Shown here: in pieces, positions 7,416 to 17,119 of the stretch
Layout: each line of letters begins with the position of its first letter
Numbering within the stretch: position 1 is the first letter of the stretch
Source of the DNA: an uncultured delta proteobacterium
Lineage (GTDB): Bacteria; Desulfobacterota; Binatia; Binatales; Binataceae
Reading direction: 5' to 3'
Length of the DNA stretch: 64,000 nucleotides
Assembly (NCBI GenBank): GCA_963724765.1
Contig: CAVRVY010000001.1
Coordinates: forward strand, 736,001 to 800,000
Position numbers and translations under genes: made by a program
Notes under the pieces: generated by a model
What the model was told of the DNA's origin: nothing
Database searches by the model: none
Seen by the model: only the letters and a program-made list of their open reading frames with translations

Positions 7416-9814
7416 CTCTCGTGCAGCTCGACCGCGTAGTCGCGGCCTTCCCACTGCCCGCGCGACTCCCAATGGAAGGTGAAGCGCACGGGCGCGCGGT
7501 CCGCGGTGGTGACATCGATATCGACGAAGTCGATTCCCACCGCGGTATGGGTCGAGCGGCTGTCGTGGACGTGATGCCATTCGTCCTTGCTCCAGTGGAG
7601 CAGGAAGGGTTCGGGGGACTGGATGCGCAGTTTGCAAGGGAGCGTGACGGACTGGATCCGCCGGGAGCGTTTCCAAATCTCGATTGGGCCGCGCGGCTTG
7701 CCGTCGCGATAGCGCCCCGCAACCTCGGGGATGAGATCGAAGACGACACCGTCGGCGGCCGAGCGCAAAAGTTTCAGGTATTCCGCATGCGCCCACATCA
7801 GGGGCATCGCAGCGCCGGTCGGTTTGCCAAACAACATCAGTGCCGCCGGCAGATCCGGCCCATCCCAGATTTGCTCGGGCAACAGCCGTGTCGAGGTGGA
7901 GAAGTTTTCGATCGAGCGCAGGAACGGGATGACGTCGCGTCCCGCGGCGAGTTCGTAATGGCCGCGCTCGCCGCTCAAAAGCGGCCACGGCCGCCCGATT
8001 CCCCAACCCTCGAATGGTCCGCCGTCGTCGCGCTGGCCGTAGCCGTCGTGAGTGTATCGCTTCCAGCAGGGGCCGGCCGGGAAATTGGTCTTTAGCACCG
8101 CGTCGACCACGCGCAGCGAATCTTCGACTAATGGATCGCCGGGGCGTCGGATGCCGTAACGCACAAGTTCCAGGAAACCTGCGTCGACGATCTCGGCGGC
8201 CGGGAACAGGTAGGGCATGCCGGGAGGGCGGTTGCGGATCGGGACCATCCCCTGGTCGGGTTCGTCATGGGGCGCCGCCAGCGCGGGGTCGGCGGGATTG
8301 ATGCGGACGTAATGGCGCTTGATGCCGGGGACCAGAAAGCCCTGTTTGGTGACGGTCCAGCGCTCGATGTGAGATTCGAGGAAGTCGGCGTAGTCCAGCA
8401 GGAACTGCGCGGTTGCCGCGTCGCCCCGGTCGTGGGCCAACTGCGCTGCGCATACCAGGGCGGCGATATTACTCGCCAGCGTCGAGGGCGAGTAGCCGCT
8501 GTTTTCCTCCCATCGCTCCTGCGGCGTGGCCGGCCCTTCATGAATCAGGTAGCGGGCGGCCGCGAGCACCATCGGATACGGATCGAACGCGCCCATCGTG
8601 GCGCCGGCGTGCACCAGCCGGTACGCCAGCATGATCGGAAAGGCGACCTCGTCGAGTTGGATGCCCTGCCAGTAGGGCGTGCCGTCGATCCAGAAATTTT
8701 GCGGGAAGCCGCCGTCGGGGCGCTGCGAACAGGCGAGGTAGATGAGCGCGCGCAACGGCGTGGCCAGGTCGCCACCCGCCAGCAGACCGGTCGCGCTGTT
8801 GACCATGTCGCGCGTCCACACCAGATGATAGCCGCCGAGGTCCTCGTCGCCTTTGGCCTCGCCCCACGGAATGCTCAACGAGGCGATGAGCGCGCCGGGA
8901 AAGCGTTTGTCCTCGTGCGCCAGCAGCAGTTCGCGGGTTCTGCGGCAGAGCTGGCCGCTGTCGCCGGTCCATCGTTCCAGCGGGTACATGTGCGTGCAGG
9001 CGCGGCTCCATTGCTCGATGAAGCGCGCCGAGTGCTGCGCGAAGGGCACCCCGAGCGACTGATAAAGGCAGGTCACCGCGCGATGGAGCCCATTGCCGAA
9101 GGCCAGGCCGAGCGTGAAGTGGCGGTCCTCGGGCAGTTCGATCTCGGCGGTCAGCGCGACATTGCCCTCAGGCGCCGAGTCGAACTCCCAATCCAGCTTG
9201 AAATTCCGACTGAGATCCTGCCATCCGTCGGTCCTGCCAACATAGCCGCAGGAGCGCCGCACGAACGGCACGTTGGCTCCCAGCGCCAGCCAGCTGTTGT
9301 TCTTATGCGCGGTCAGAAACTCATAACCAGCCATCCGCGCGACGTTGGCGTTGTTGCCCCATCCGCCGACGTCCAGATGCGGCGAGAGCAGCACGAACAG
9401 CCGCAGGCGGCGTAGCAGGTCGGGGTCGCCCTCCAGGCGGGTGTCGATCAGCACACACGGTTGATGCGGGTCGGTGATGACCTCCATCACCACGCGATAG
9501 CGTCCGGCGCGGTCGGCGTTGGTGATGCGCACGCCCAGGCCGCGATCGCCGAGATACTCGGTGGAAGTGTCCTGGTTGCGATGGACGTCGTGGAAAAAGG
9601 TTTCGCCGTCGGTCACCAGGTACTGCAGGTCGCGAATCTGGGGCCGATCGATCGTTGGATAATAGATTTCGTTGAGCACGCCGCCCGAGGCGGTGAACCA
9701 GATCGGGCTCGCGGTCGAGTAGGCGGTGCCGACGACATCCTTGGCGCTATGGGTCCAGCGTGGTTCGATACCGGGTGCGCCCGAGGCGCGCTGGGAGTCT
9801 TCGATGATGGCCAT
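7412..9814 (-). CDS. Glucoamylase / glucodextranase (GH15)
   Basis: 'IASLSIPWG', 'GGYHLVWTRD', 'QERWEE', 'RYTHDGYG', 'LLPEQIWD', 'PLMWAHAEY'. Confidence 0.92.
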   Translation of the reverse strand: MAIIEDSQRASGAPGIEPRWTHSAKDVVGTAYSTASPIWFTASGGVLNEIYYPTIDRPQIRDLQYLVTDGETFFHDVHRNQDTSTEYLGDRGLGVRITNADRAGRYRVVMEVITDPHQPCVLIDTRLEGDPDLLRRLRLFVLLSPHLDVGGWGNNANVARMAGYEFLTAHKNNSWLALGANVPFVRRSCGYVGRTDGWQDLSRNFKLDWEFDSAPEGNVALTAEIELPEDRHFTLGLAFGNGLHRAVTCLYQSLGVPFAQHSARFIEQWSRACTHMYPLERWTGDSGQLCRRTRELLLAHEDKRFPGALIASLSIPWGEAKGDEDLGGYHLVWTRDMVNSATGLLAGGDLATPLRALIYLACSQRPDGGFPQNFWIDGTPYWQGIQLDEVAFPIMLAYRLVHAGATMGAFDPYPMVLAAARYLIHEGPATPQERWEENSGYSPSTLASNIAALVCAAQLAHDRGDAATAQFLLDYADFLESHIERWTVTKQGFLVPGIKRHYVRINPADPALAAPHDEPDQGMVPIRNRPPGMPYLFPAAEIVDAGFLELVRYGIRRPGDPLVEDSLRVVDAVLKTNFPAGPCWKRYTHDGYGQRDDGGPFEGWGIGRPWPLLSGERGHYELAAGRDVIPFLRSIENFSTSTRLLPEQIWDGPDLPAALMLFGKPTGAAMPLMWAHAEYLKLLRSAADGVVFDLIPEVAGRYRDGKPRGPIEIWKRSRRIQSVTLPCKLRIQSPEPFLLHWSKDEWHHVHDSRSTHTAVGIDFVDIDVTTADRAPVRFTFHWESRGQWEGRDYAVELHES

Positions 9815-9853
9815 CAGGTCGCTTTCCTTTCCATGGATACGCCGTCGGGATGC

Positions 9854-10654
9854 TCAGAGAGTGGCGGGAGGCTCGGCTGCCGGTTCGGTAAGCTCCGTTT
9901 GCGCCCGGAACATGTAGGAGACGCCCACGCTCAGCACGTAAAGCAGTAGCAGCGGAATCGCGAGCAGGAAAATCGAAACCATGTCAGGCGGAGTCAGCGC
10001 CGCCGAAACCACAAAGATGCCCAGGACCGCGTAGCGGAAATAACGCAGCATCATGCGGTAATCGATGAGTCCAAGCCGGGTCAGGAAAACCGCGAAAATC
10101 GGCATCTCGAAGGTCAGTCCGAAGGCCAGCAGCAGTTTGGCCGAGAAGGCCAGGTATTCGCTGATGCGAATCGTCGGCGTAACCCCAATGGAGCTGTACT
10201 CGGAGATGAAAAAGGCGTAGCCGACCTTGAACACCACCGCCCAGCAGAAGTAACCGCCCAGCGCGAAGAACAGGCTCGAACTGAGGACGAATGGCAACGC
10301 CATCCGCCGTTCCGACTCGTACAGACCGGGCGCGATGAATTTCCACACCTCGTAGAATATCGCCGGGCTGGAGATGAACACGCCGGCCACCAGCGCGACC
10401 TTGATCTTGGTGAAGAAGGCTTCGCCGACGCCGGTGCCGATCAGCAGCAGTTTGCCGCCTCCGACCTGGCGCAGCGGCAGGGTCAGCCAGGCGAACAGAT
10501 GGTCGGCGAAAACGTACGACAGCGCGCATCCGATCGCCACCGCGATCACCGCCCGCACCAGCCGCCCGCGCAGCTCGCGCAGGTGCTCGAGCAGCGGCAT
10601 GCGGACCTCCTCCGTCGCGGCGGGAGGATTAACGGGGGGCTCCTGGCTGGCCAC
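9854..10654 (-). CDS. tatC: Twin-arginine translocase subunit TatC
   Basis: 'MPLLEHLRELRGRL', 'FIAPGLYESERR', 'FGLTFEMP', 'LTPPD'. Confidence 0.95.
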   Translation of the reverse strand: MASQEPPVNPPAATEEVRMPLLEHLRELRGRLVRAVIAVAIGCALSYVFADHLFAWLTLPLRQVGGGKLLLIGTGVGEAFFTKIKVALVAGVFISSPAIFYEVWKFIAPGLYESERRMALPFVLSSSLFFALGGYFCWAVVFKVGYAFFISEYSSIGVTPTIRISEYLAFSAKLLLAFGLTFEMPIFAVFLTRLGLIDYRMMLRYFRYAVLGIFVVSAALTPPDMVSIFLLAIPLLLLYVLSVGVSYMFRAQTELTEPAAEPPATL

Positions 10655-10669
10655 GGGGAGCGGTGCGGG

Positions 10670-11146
10670 CTATGGTTTGTCGGCCGGCGGCACCGAGCCC
10701 TCGGGGAGGCTTGGCTGCTTTGGGTTGCGAGAGCGGCCCGGCCGGCGTGGCGGCTGATCTTCCGCCAAAGTCTGATGATCCGTCAGGGTCAACTCGCCCG
10801 TAGCCCTGGGATCGGAGGCCAATGCTTGCGGCGCAGGCGCGGCCTCGGCAGGCGGCGCGCTTTCGGCTGGCGGCGGCGATTGGGGTTCCGGCGCAAGAAA
10901 AGCCGGCGGCGCTGGCGCGGGCGCTGCGGGCTCCGCAGTTGGATGCGGATCGTCGAAGCGGGGCGGCAGGAGATTGAAGGGCAAATCATCGCCGATCGCG
11001 CCCGAGATCTCGCGCATCACGGTGTTGCTGGCCAGGCGCAACTCGCGCATCACCTTGCCGACGGCGCGCATGACCTGGGGCAAATCGTCGGGTGGAATGA
11101 CGATCAGCGCGATTACCAGGAACAGGAGTATCTCGAAAATGCCCAA
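10670..11146 (-). CDS. tatB: Twin-arginine translocase subunit TatB
   Basis: 'MGIFEILLFLVIALIVIPPDDLP' TM plus amphipathic helix, Pro-rich tail; directly upstream of tatC. Confidence 0.8.
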   Translation of the reverse strand: MGIFEILLFLVIALIVIPPDDLPQVMRAVGKVMRELRLASNTVMREISGAIGDDLPFNLLPPRFDDPHPTAEPAAPAPAPPAFLAPEPQSPPPAESAPPAEAAPAPQALASDPRATGELTLTDHQTLAEDQPPRRPGRSRNPKQPSLPEGSVPPADKP

Positions 11147-11228
11147 GTATCTTCCATCCGCCCCGGCCCATAGCGCTCGGCCGCGCGGTCTGAATTAATG
11201 ATCGTTATCGAAGTTCGGAGTGTCAACG

Positions 11229-12260
11229 ATGCTCAGGACCGCACTGATTAGCGACCGCCGTTTTTTGAAGCATTTCGCCGGCCGAAGCCATCCCGAACGC
11301 CCCGAGCGCGCCGCGGTGATGATCGAGATGGCCGAACGGCTTCAGCGCGACGCGATACTCGCGCTCAGCCCGCGCGAGGCGAGCACCGCGGAGCTCGAAC
11401 TATGTCACGAGCCGGCCTACGTGCAAGAAGTCCAACGCAGCGCCTCGATGCCGCGTTACGATTTCGATCACGATACCCATGCCTCGCCCGACTCCTATCA
11501 GACCGCATTGCTGGCGGTGGGCGGCGTGCTGACGGCAGTCGAGGCAGTGATGGACGGGGCGGCCGACAACGCCTTTGCGATCGTCCGTCCGCCGGGCCAT
11601 CACGCGCTCGCGTCGCGCGCGATGGGGTTCTGCCTGTTCAACAACGTGGCGATCGCGGCGCGCTATCTTACGCGGCGCCGCGGGCTCCAACGCGTGCTGG
11701 TGGTCGATTGGGACGTCCATCACGGCAACGGCATCCAGGACATCTTTTACGACTCGCCCGAAGTGCTTTACTTCTCGACCCATCAGTTCCCGTTTTACCC
11801 GGGCACCGGCGCGCTCGACGAAGTCGGCTACGGCGCCGGAGCCGGATACACCGTCAACGCGCCGATGCCGGCGACGTTCGGCGACAACGAGTACCTGCGC
11901 GTTTTTGACGACGTACTGGCGCCGGTGGTCCGGCAATATCGCCCGGACTTCATCCTCGTATCTTCGGGCTTCGACGCGCACTTTCGCGACCCGCTCGGCG
12001 GGATGCGGGTGACCGAGGCCGGATTCGCCGCGCTCGCGCGGCGGGTCAAGCGGATGGCGGCCGAGTGCTGCGGGGGCCGGATGGTGGCGGCGCTGGAGGG
12101 CGGCTACGATCTCCAGGCGCTCGTGGATTCCGGGCACAGCGTGATCGATGAATTGGGCCGCGAGGCCGACGAGCCGCTCGCGCTCGCCGACAACGGCGCT
12201 AGAGTGATCCCTATAATAGAGCGCGCGCACTATTTCCTGTCGCGCTATTGGAAGTTCTAG
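11229..12260 (+). CDS. Histone deacetylase-family amidohydrolase
   Basis: HPERPER, RPPGHHA, GFCLFNN, DWDVHHGNG, GFDAH, LEGGY. Confidence 0.93.
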   Translation: MLRTALISDRRFLKHFAGRSHPERPERAAVMIEMAERLQRDAILALSPREASTAELELCHEPAYVQEVQRSASMPRYDFDHDTHASPDSYQTALLAVGGVLTAVEAVMDGAADNAFAIVRPPGHHALASRAMGFCLFNNVAIAARYLTRRRGLQRVLVVDWDVHHGNGIQDIFYDSPEVLYFSTHQFPFYPGTGALDEVGYGAGAGYTVNAPMPATFGDNEYLRVFDDVLAPVVRQYRPDFILVSSGFDAHFRDPLGGMRVTEAGFAALARRVKRMAAECCGGRMVAALEGGYDLQALVDSGHSVIDELGREADEPLALADNGARVIPIIERAHYFLSRYWKF

Positions 12261-12306
12261 AGGAACGCGCTGAGACCACGTGGCTTCTGGTCTAATTGAG
12301 GCAACA

Positions 12307-12636
12307 ATGAAGGTCCGAGATCTAACATACGAAGGGCTGAGTGCGTGGCCGCCGCAACCAGCAGGAGGCGCTTTCGACCCGCACAATCCTGCCCCTATGC
12401 CGCTCGATCTGGAAGACGGGATTTTGAAGGATGTTGCAATTGCTCCCCCTGATGTAAGGTCTCCGACGCTCGTGGAAATTAAGGTCGAGCGTCACGACGG
12501 GAAATTGGAGACGAGAGACCTGTGGGTCGATGGGAGCGACGCCGCTATGATTCTAAGGCTCTATAGCGTTCTCAAGGGCTGCAAGGGCCGATCCTTGCGC
12601 GAAGTCGGCGATCTCGATCTGAATGGAGTGATTTGA
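12307..12636 (+). CDS. Hypothetical protein
   Basis: 109 aa, GAGG RBS, lower GC than its neighbours; ends 'GRSLREVGDLDL'. Confidence 0.65.
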   Translation: MKVRDLTYEGLSAWPPQPAGGAFDPHNPAPMPLDLEDGILKDVAIAPPDVRSPTLVEIKVERHDGKLETRDLWVDGSDAAMILRLYSVLKGCKGRSLREVGDLDLNGVI

Positions 12637-12694
12637 ACGCAACGAATTAACCCCCGCCGTTTGACTCATAATCAGCCGAAGGTGCCAACAGACT

Positions 12695-12898
12695 ATGAAG
12701 CTAGAAGTCGTCATTCACGAAGCAGAGGAGGGCGGCTATTGGGCCGAGGTCCCCGCAATTCCAGGATGTGCTACCCAAGGAGATACCTTGGAGGATCTTC
12801 TCAAGAACCTCCGCGAGGCAGTTGACGCTTGCCTTTCGGTTGATGTGGAAATATCCGAAGAGACCGATAAGGACCGGGTGATCGAGATCGTAGTATGA
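12695..12898 (+). CDS. hicB: HicB-family antitoxin (short, no DNA-binding domain)
   Basis: 'EEGGYWAEVPAIPGCATQGDTLEDL...EA'. Confidence 0.9.
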   Translation: MKLEVVIHEAEEGGYWAEVPAIPGCATQGDTLEDLLKNLREAVDACLSVDVEISEETDKDRVIEIVV

Positions 12899-13104
12899 AA
12901 CAACTTTCCGGCAAGGCGTTCGCTAAAATCATCGAACGCCACGGCTGGAAGTTGATGCGTGTCCATGGGAGTCATCACGTGTACGGAAAGCCTGGAAGCG
13001 TCGTCCGGCTTACTATTCCCATTCATGGCAACAAACCCCTCAAGCGGGGGCTGTCGGCGCATCTTCTGAAGATGGCAGGGCTGAGCGAGGCCGATCTGAG
13101 ATGA
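12895..13104 (+). CDS. hicA: HicA-family mRNA interferase toxin
   Basis: 'HGWKLMRVHGSHHVY...TIPIHGNKPLKRG'; ATGA overlap with hicB. Confidence 0.9.
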   Translation: MKQLSGKAFAKIIERHGWKLMRVHGSHHVYGKPGSVVRLTIPIHGNKPLKRGLSAHLLKMAGLSEADLR

Positions 13105-13164
13105 TCGGTTTCGCGTTCGCTCGTGACTTTGTGGGGGTCCGCGAAATCGGGAAAACTCGCCAGC

Positions 13165-14718
13165 GTGTCCGAGCCTAATTCTCCCAGCCAATCCGATACG
13201 CTGCGCCTGGTCGCGCTGGGAGCGGCCACGCCGCAGATTCACGAGCTGCGCGCCTCCCGCGTCACGATCGGCACCGGCGCCGGCAACGACCTGCTCCTGG
13301 ACGAGCCGACCGCCTCGCGCCGCCATGCCGCGCTCGAGCGGCGCGTGGACCGATGGTACGTGGTCGATCTCGGCTCGACCAACGGTACTTACCTCAACGG
13401 TCGGCGTATCACCGCGCCGTCGCCGCTCGAGCGCGGCGACGAGCTTCGCTTCGCCAACGCGCGCTTCGGTTTCGTCGCGCCCGGCGACGACCTGTCCCAG
13501 GTCGGCGTCGCGCGCGCGAAGGCGCCCGCACGAAGGCGCCGGCGCGCCCCGCGCCTGGCGAGCGTCGTAGTGGCCGCTGCCGTGTTCGCGGTCGGCGGCT
13601 TTGCGCTGACCGCGTACCTGCTGAAGTTCGAGCGCGTTGACCGGGCGGGCGGGATGGCGGCGCGAAGCGCCGCCATCCCGTCCGCCGCGCCGCCCGCCGC
13701 CGGCATTGCCGGCGGCGCTGCCGGCAATTCCACGCCGGCAAATTCTGGCGCGGAGGCGGGCGCGGAGCGTCCGCCTCCGGCCGCCAGCGCCCCCGCGGCA
13801 GAGGCGGGCGCGCCTGGCGCGCCCGCCTCTGCCGCGGGGGCCCAGTGGCTCGCGCGGCTCAACTACTACCGCTCGATGGTGCGATTGCCGCCGGTGCTCG
13901 AAGACCCCGAACTTAGCGAGGGCGACGCCTTGCACGCCCGCTACCTGGTGAAGAGCTACGCCGAGGCCATCAAGAACAACACCATCGGGGCCGAAGCCCA
14001 CGAGGAAGACAGCGCGAGTCCCTGGTACACCGAAAAGGGTATGCACGCGGCAAAGTCCAGCGACATCTCATACTGGCAGGCGCCTGGAGCGCCGATCAGC
14101 CGGCCGGTCGAAGACCACGCTTCGTCGTCGGGCGAGATGCCCTGGGGGTCTCCCGGTTGGAGTATTGACGGATGGATCGGTATTCCATTTCATCGGCTTA
14201 GCCTTATCAGCCGCTATCTGCGACGGAGCGGCTTTGGGCGATACTGCGAAGGGTCAGCGTGTGCGGCAGGATTGGACACTTTGAGTGACCTCAAACAGTT
14301 TCCGGTGCATCCGGTCCCGTTCGCTCAGCCGCTGGAGTTTCCTCCCTCGGGAGCAACCATCGGAATGCGTTCGCTAGACGCGGAATGGCCTGACCCGCTA
14401 ACCGCATGTCCGGGTTATGCGCGTCCGGCGGGCTTTCCCGTCACGCTCGAGGTCGGAGCCAACGTCGAGGCTCGGCTCGGCACCTACCGGATCACCCGCG
14501 ACGGCCCATCCCCGGTAAATCTGGAGGCCTGCGGCTTCGACGCTTCGAGCTACAGCAACCCCGACGCAACCGCGCAGCAGCGCGCGCGCGACATATTGCA
14601 CGGCTTCGGTGCGGTGGTGATCATCCCGCGCGTCCCGCTGGACAAGGGCGCCGGCTACACGATTTCAATGACGGTCAACGGGTGGGAATACAAATGGTCC
14701 TTTTCGACCGCCCCGTAG
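13165..14718 (+). CDS. FHA-domain / TM / CAP(SCP)-like domain protein
   Basis: FHA 'ASRRHA...DLGSTNGTYLNG'; one TM; Ala/Pro linker; 'LARLNYYRSMVRLPPV...HARY...PFHRLSLI' is CAP-like; start codon uncertain. Confidence 0.8.
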   Translation: MSEPNSPSQSDTLRLVALGAATPQIHELRASRVTIGTGAGNDLLLDEPTASRRHAALERRVDRWYVVDLGSTNGTYLNGRRITAPSPLERGDELRFANARFGFVAPGDDLSQVGVARAKAPARRRRRAPRLASVVVAAAVFAVGGFALTAYLLKFERVDRAGGMAARSAAIPSAAPPAAGIAGGAAGNSTPANSGAEAGAERPPPAASAPAAEAGAPGAPASAAGAQWLARLNYYRSMVRLPPVLEDPELSEGDALHARYLVKSYAEAIKNNTIGAEAHEEDSASPWYTEKGMHAAKSSDISYWQAPGAPISRPVEDHASSSGEMPWGSPGWSIDGWIGIPFHRLSLISRYLRRSGFGRYCEGSACAAGLDTLSDLKQFPVHPVPFAQPLEFPPSGATIGMRSLDAEWPDPLTACPGYARPAGFPVTLEVGANVEARLGTYRITRDGPSPVNLEACGFDASSYSNPDATAQQRARDILHGFGAVVIIPRVPLDKGAGYTISMTVNGWEYKWSFSTAP

Positions 14719-14889
14719 CCGGTCGTGGGCCGGCGGCGAGGTGCAGCGCCGCTTGCGAGGTTGCGTCGCGCAGGCATAGCAACTAATAGTCAGAAGAGCA
14801 GGCCGCCCGCGATATGCCGGCGTCGGTAGGCGCGAAATCGGCAATCTCGATCGGCAATCGGGGGCCGTAAGGAGGCTGACGAGAGCACG

Positions 14890-16170
14890 ATGAAAATCTC
14901 GATGTTTCATCTGATGCCGTACCGCGATTTGCCCGCGGATTTCGAAAAGCGCTTTCACTCGGTGTGGGTCGATCCGCCGTACCACGAACTTGCCGATACC
15001 GAGAAGATTGCCAAGTATTACAACTGGACGCTCGACGAGTTGACATACGCCGCCAAGGCCGGGATGGACGGCATCTGCGTAAACGAGCACCATCAGAACG
15101 CCTACGGCTTCATGCCGTCACCCAACCTGATGGGCTCGGCGCTGGCGCGCGCGACCAACGGGCTCAACGTCGCGCTGGTGCAGATGGGCGCGACGCTGCC
15201 CACCACGATTCCGCCCATCCGCGTGGCCGAGGAATACGGGATGCTCGACTGCATCAGCGGCGGCCGCTTGGTGGCCGGGATGCCGTTGGGAACCGCGATG
15301 GATGCGAACCTGTGTTACGGGATCACGCCGATGGAGCATCGCGAGCGCTACTACGAGGCGCACGATCTGATCATGAAGGCGTGGCAGTCCAAAGAGATTT
15401 TCGCCTGGAACGGCAAGTACTTCAAATTGCCGATGGTCAACCTGTGGCCGCGCCCGCTGCAGAAGCCGCATCCGCCGGTATGGATTCCGGGCAGCGGCAG
15501 CCTCAGCACCTGGGATTTCACCGCCAAGCATGACCACTGCTATTGCTTCCTGAGCTACTACGGGAACAACCTCGGCAAGCGCGTGATGGACGGCTTCTGG
15601 GAGTTCGTGGCCAAGAGCAACCTCGACGCCAATCCATATCGCGCCGGCTTCCTGCAGCTCGTGGTGGTCGCCGAGAGCGATGCCAAGGCCGAGGAGCTGT
15701 ACTACCCGCACATCCGTTACTTCTACGACAAATGCCTGCACATCCTGTGGGACTATCAGGCGGTGCCGGGCAACCAGGACCATCGCAGCCTGGTCAACAC
15801 CGTCAAGAATCTGTACCCGATGCAGCTCGACCTGATGTCGAAGGTGCCGAACTGGAAATACAAGGATTTCGTTGAGAACCAGTTCGTGATCGGCGGCAGC
15901 CCCAAGTCGGTAACCGACCAGCTCAAGGCGGCGGTGAAGAAGCTGCGCGTGGGTAATCTGATGGTGCTGCTGCACATCGGCTCGATGCCGCACGAGCTGA
16001 CGCTGAAGAATATCGACATGTTCGCGCGCGAGGTCCAGCCGCATTTCCGCGACATGTGGGACGACGAGTGGGAGAACCGCTGGTGGCCGGAGGGGCTCAA
16101 GCAGAAGAAGCCGGCGGCCGCGCGTCCGGGCGCCGCCGCGCATCCCGCGATGGAACGTGCCGCGAAATAG
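14890..16170 (+). CDS. LLM-class flavin-dependent monooxygenase
   Basis: 'DGICVNEHHQNAYGFMPSPNL', 'RVAEEYGMLDCISGGRL', 'WPRPLQKPHPPVWIPG'. Confidence 0.9.
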   Translation: MKISMFHLMPYRDLPADFEKRFHSVWVDPPYHELADTEKIAKYYNWTLDELTYAAKAGMDGICVNEHHQNAYGFMPSPNLMGSALARATNGLNVALVQMGATLPTTIPPIRVAEEYGMLDCISGGRLVAGMPLGTAMDANLCYGITPMEHRERYYEAHDLIMKAWQSKEIFAWNGKYFKLPMVNLWPRPLQKPHPPVWIPGSGSLSTWDFTAKHDHCYCFLSYYGNNLGKRVMDGFWEFVAKSNLDANPYRAGFLQLVVVAESDAKAEELYYPHIRYFYDKCLHILWDYQAVPGNQDHRSLVNTVKNLYPMQLDLMSKVPNWKYKDFVENQFVIGGSPKSVTDQLKAAVKKLRVGNLMVLLHIGSMPHELTLKNIDMFAREVQPHFRDMWDDEWENRWWPEGLKQKKPAAARPGAAAHPAMERAAK

Positions 16171-16273
16171 TTCGCGCGCGCGCCGCACTCACAGCATAAG
16201 TCCGGCGCCGGCTCGCAGAACCGGCGCCGGATTCTAATACCCCGTCAAATTCAAAAAGAGGGTATAAAGAGCC

Positions 16274-17059
16274 ATGGCCGGAGTTCAGGAACGTACCGTC
16301 AATGTCTGGGATGACAAGATAAAGGCGCGCGTAAAGGTCGCGGGCTCGGGGCCCGCGATAGTCTTTCTGCACGGCGGATGGGGTCCGCGGTGGACCGAGT
16401 TCCATGACACGCTGGCGCGCGAGTTTACCGTGTACGCCCCCGACCATCCGGGCACCAGCGAGGGCGATCCCGAATCGCATCGCTCGCTCGATGATATGTG
16501 GGACCTCGCGCTGTTCTACGACGAGTTATTCGACAAACTCGGCCTCGATCAGCCGGCGGTGGTGGGACATTCGTTCGGCGGGATGGTGGCGGGCGATATC
16601 GCGGCCAATTTTCCCAGGCGCGTCGGCAAGCTGGTGCTCATCGACGCGCTGGGCATCTGGCTCGACGAATGGCCGATTCGCAACTACATGGTGACGCCGA
16701 TCGCCGAGCTCATCCCGATGATCTTCGCCGATCCCAACCATTCGTCGGTTGGAACTTTCGTTCCCAACCCGGCCGACACCGAGGCGATGATCCGCACCCA
16801 CTGGGCGCTCGGATGCACCGGCAAGTTCTGTTGGCCGCTGCCCGACAAGGGCCTGCGCAAGCGCATCCATCGCGTGAGCGCGCCGACCCTGGTGCTGTGG
16901 GGCAAGCAGGACCATCTCATGCCGGCCGCTTATGCCCACGAATTCGTCAAGCTGATCAAGGGAGCGAAGGTGGAGCTTATCGACAAGGCCTCGCACATGC
17001 TGCCGGTAGAGCAGCCGGCGGCGGCGGCCAAGGCGGTGGCGGATTTCGTCAAGCGTTAG
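16274..17059 (+). CDS. Alpha/beta hydrolase
   Basis: LHG, GHSFGG, WGKQD and ASH catalytic triad positions. Confidence 0.9.
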   Translation: MAGVQERTVNVWDDKIKARVKVAGSGPAIVFLHGGWGPRWTEFHDTLAREFTVYAPDHPGTSEGDPESHRSLDDMWDLALFYDELFDKLGLDQPAVVGHSFGGMVAGDIAANFPRRVGKLVLIDALGIWLDEWPIRNYMVTPIAELIPMIFADPNHSSVGTFVPNPADTEAMIRTHWALGCTGKFCWPLPDKGLRKRIHRVSAPTLVLWGKQDHLMPAAYAHEFVKLIKGAKVELIDKASHMLPVEQPAAAAKAVADFVKR

Positions 17060-17119
17060 GCGCAAGCGCTGACAGGTGTGGTGGAGAAAGAGGATGAGAC
17101 AGGGGAGATGGCAGTAAAG

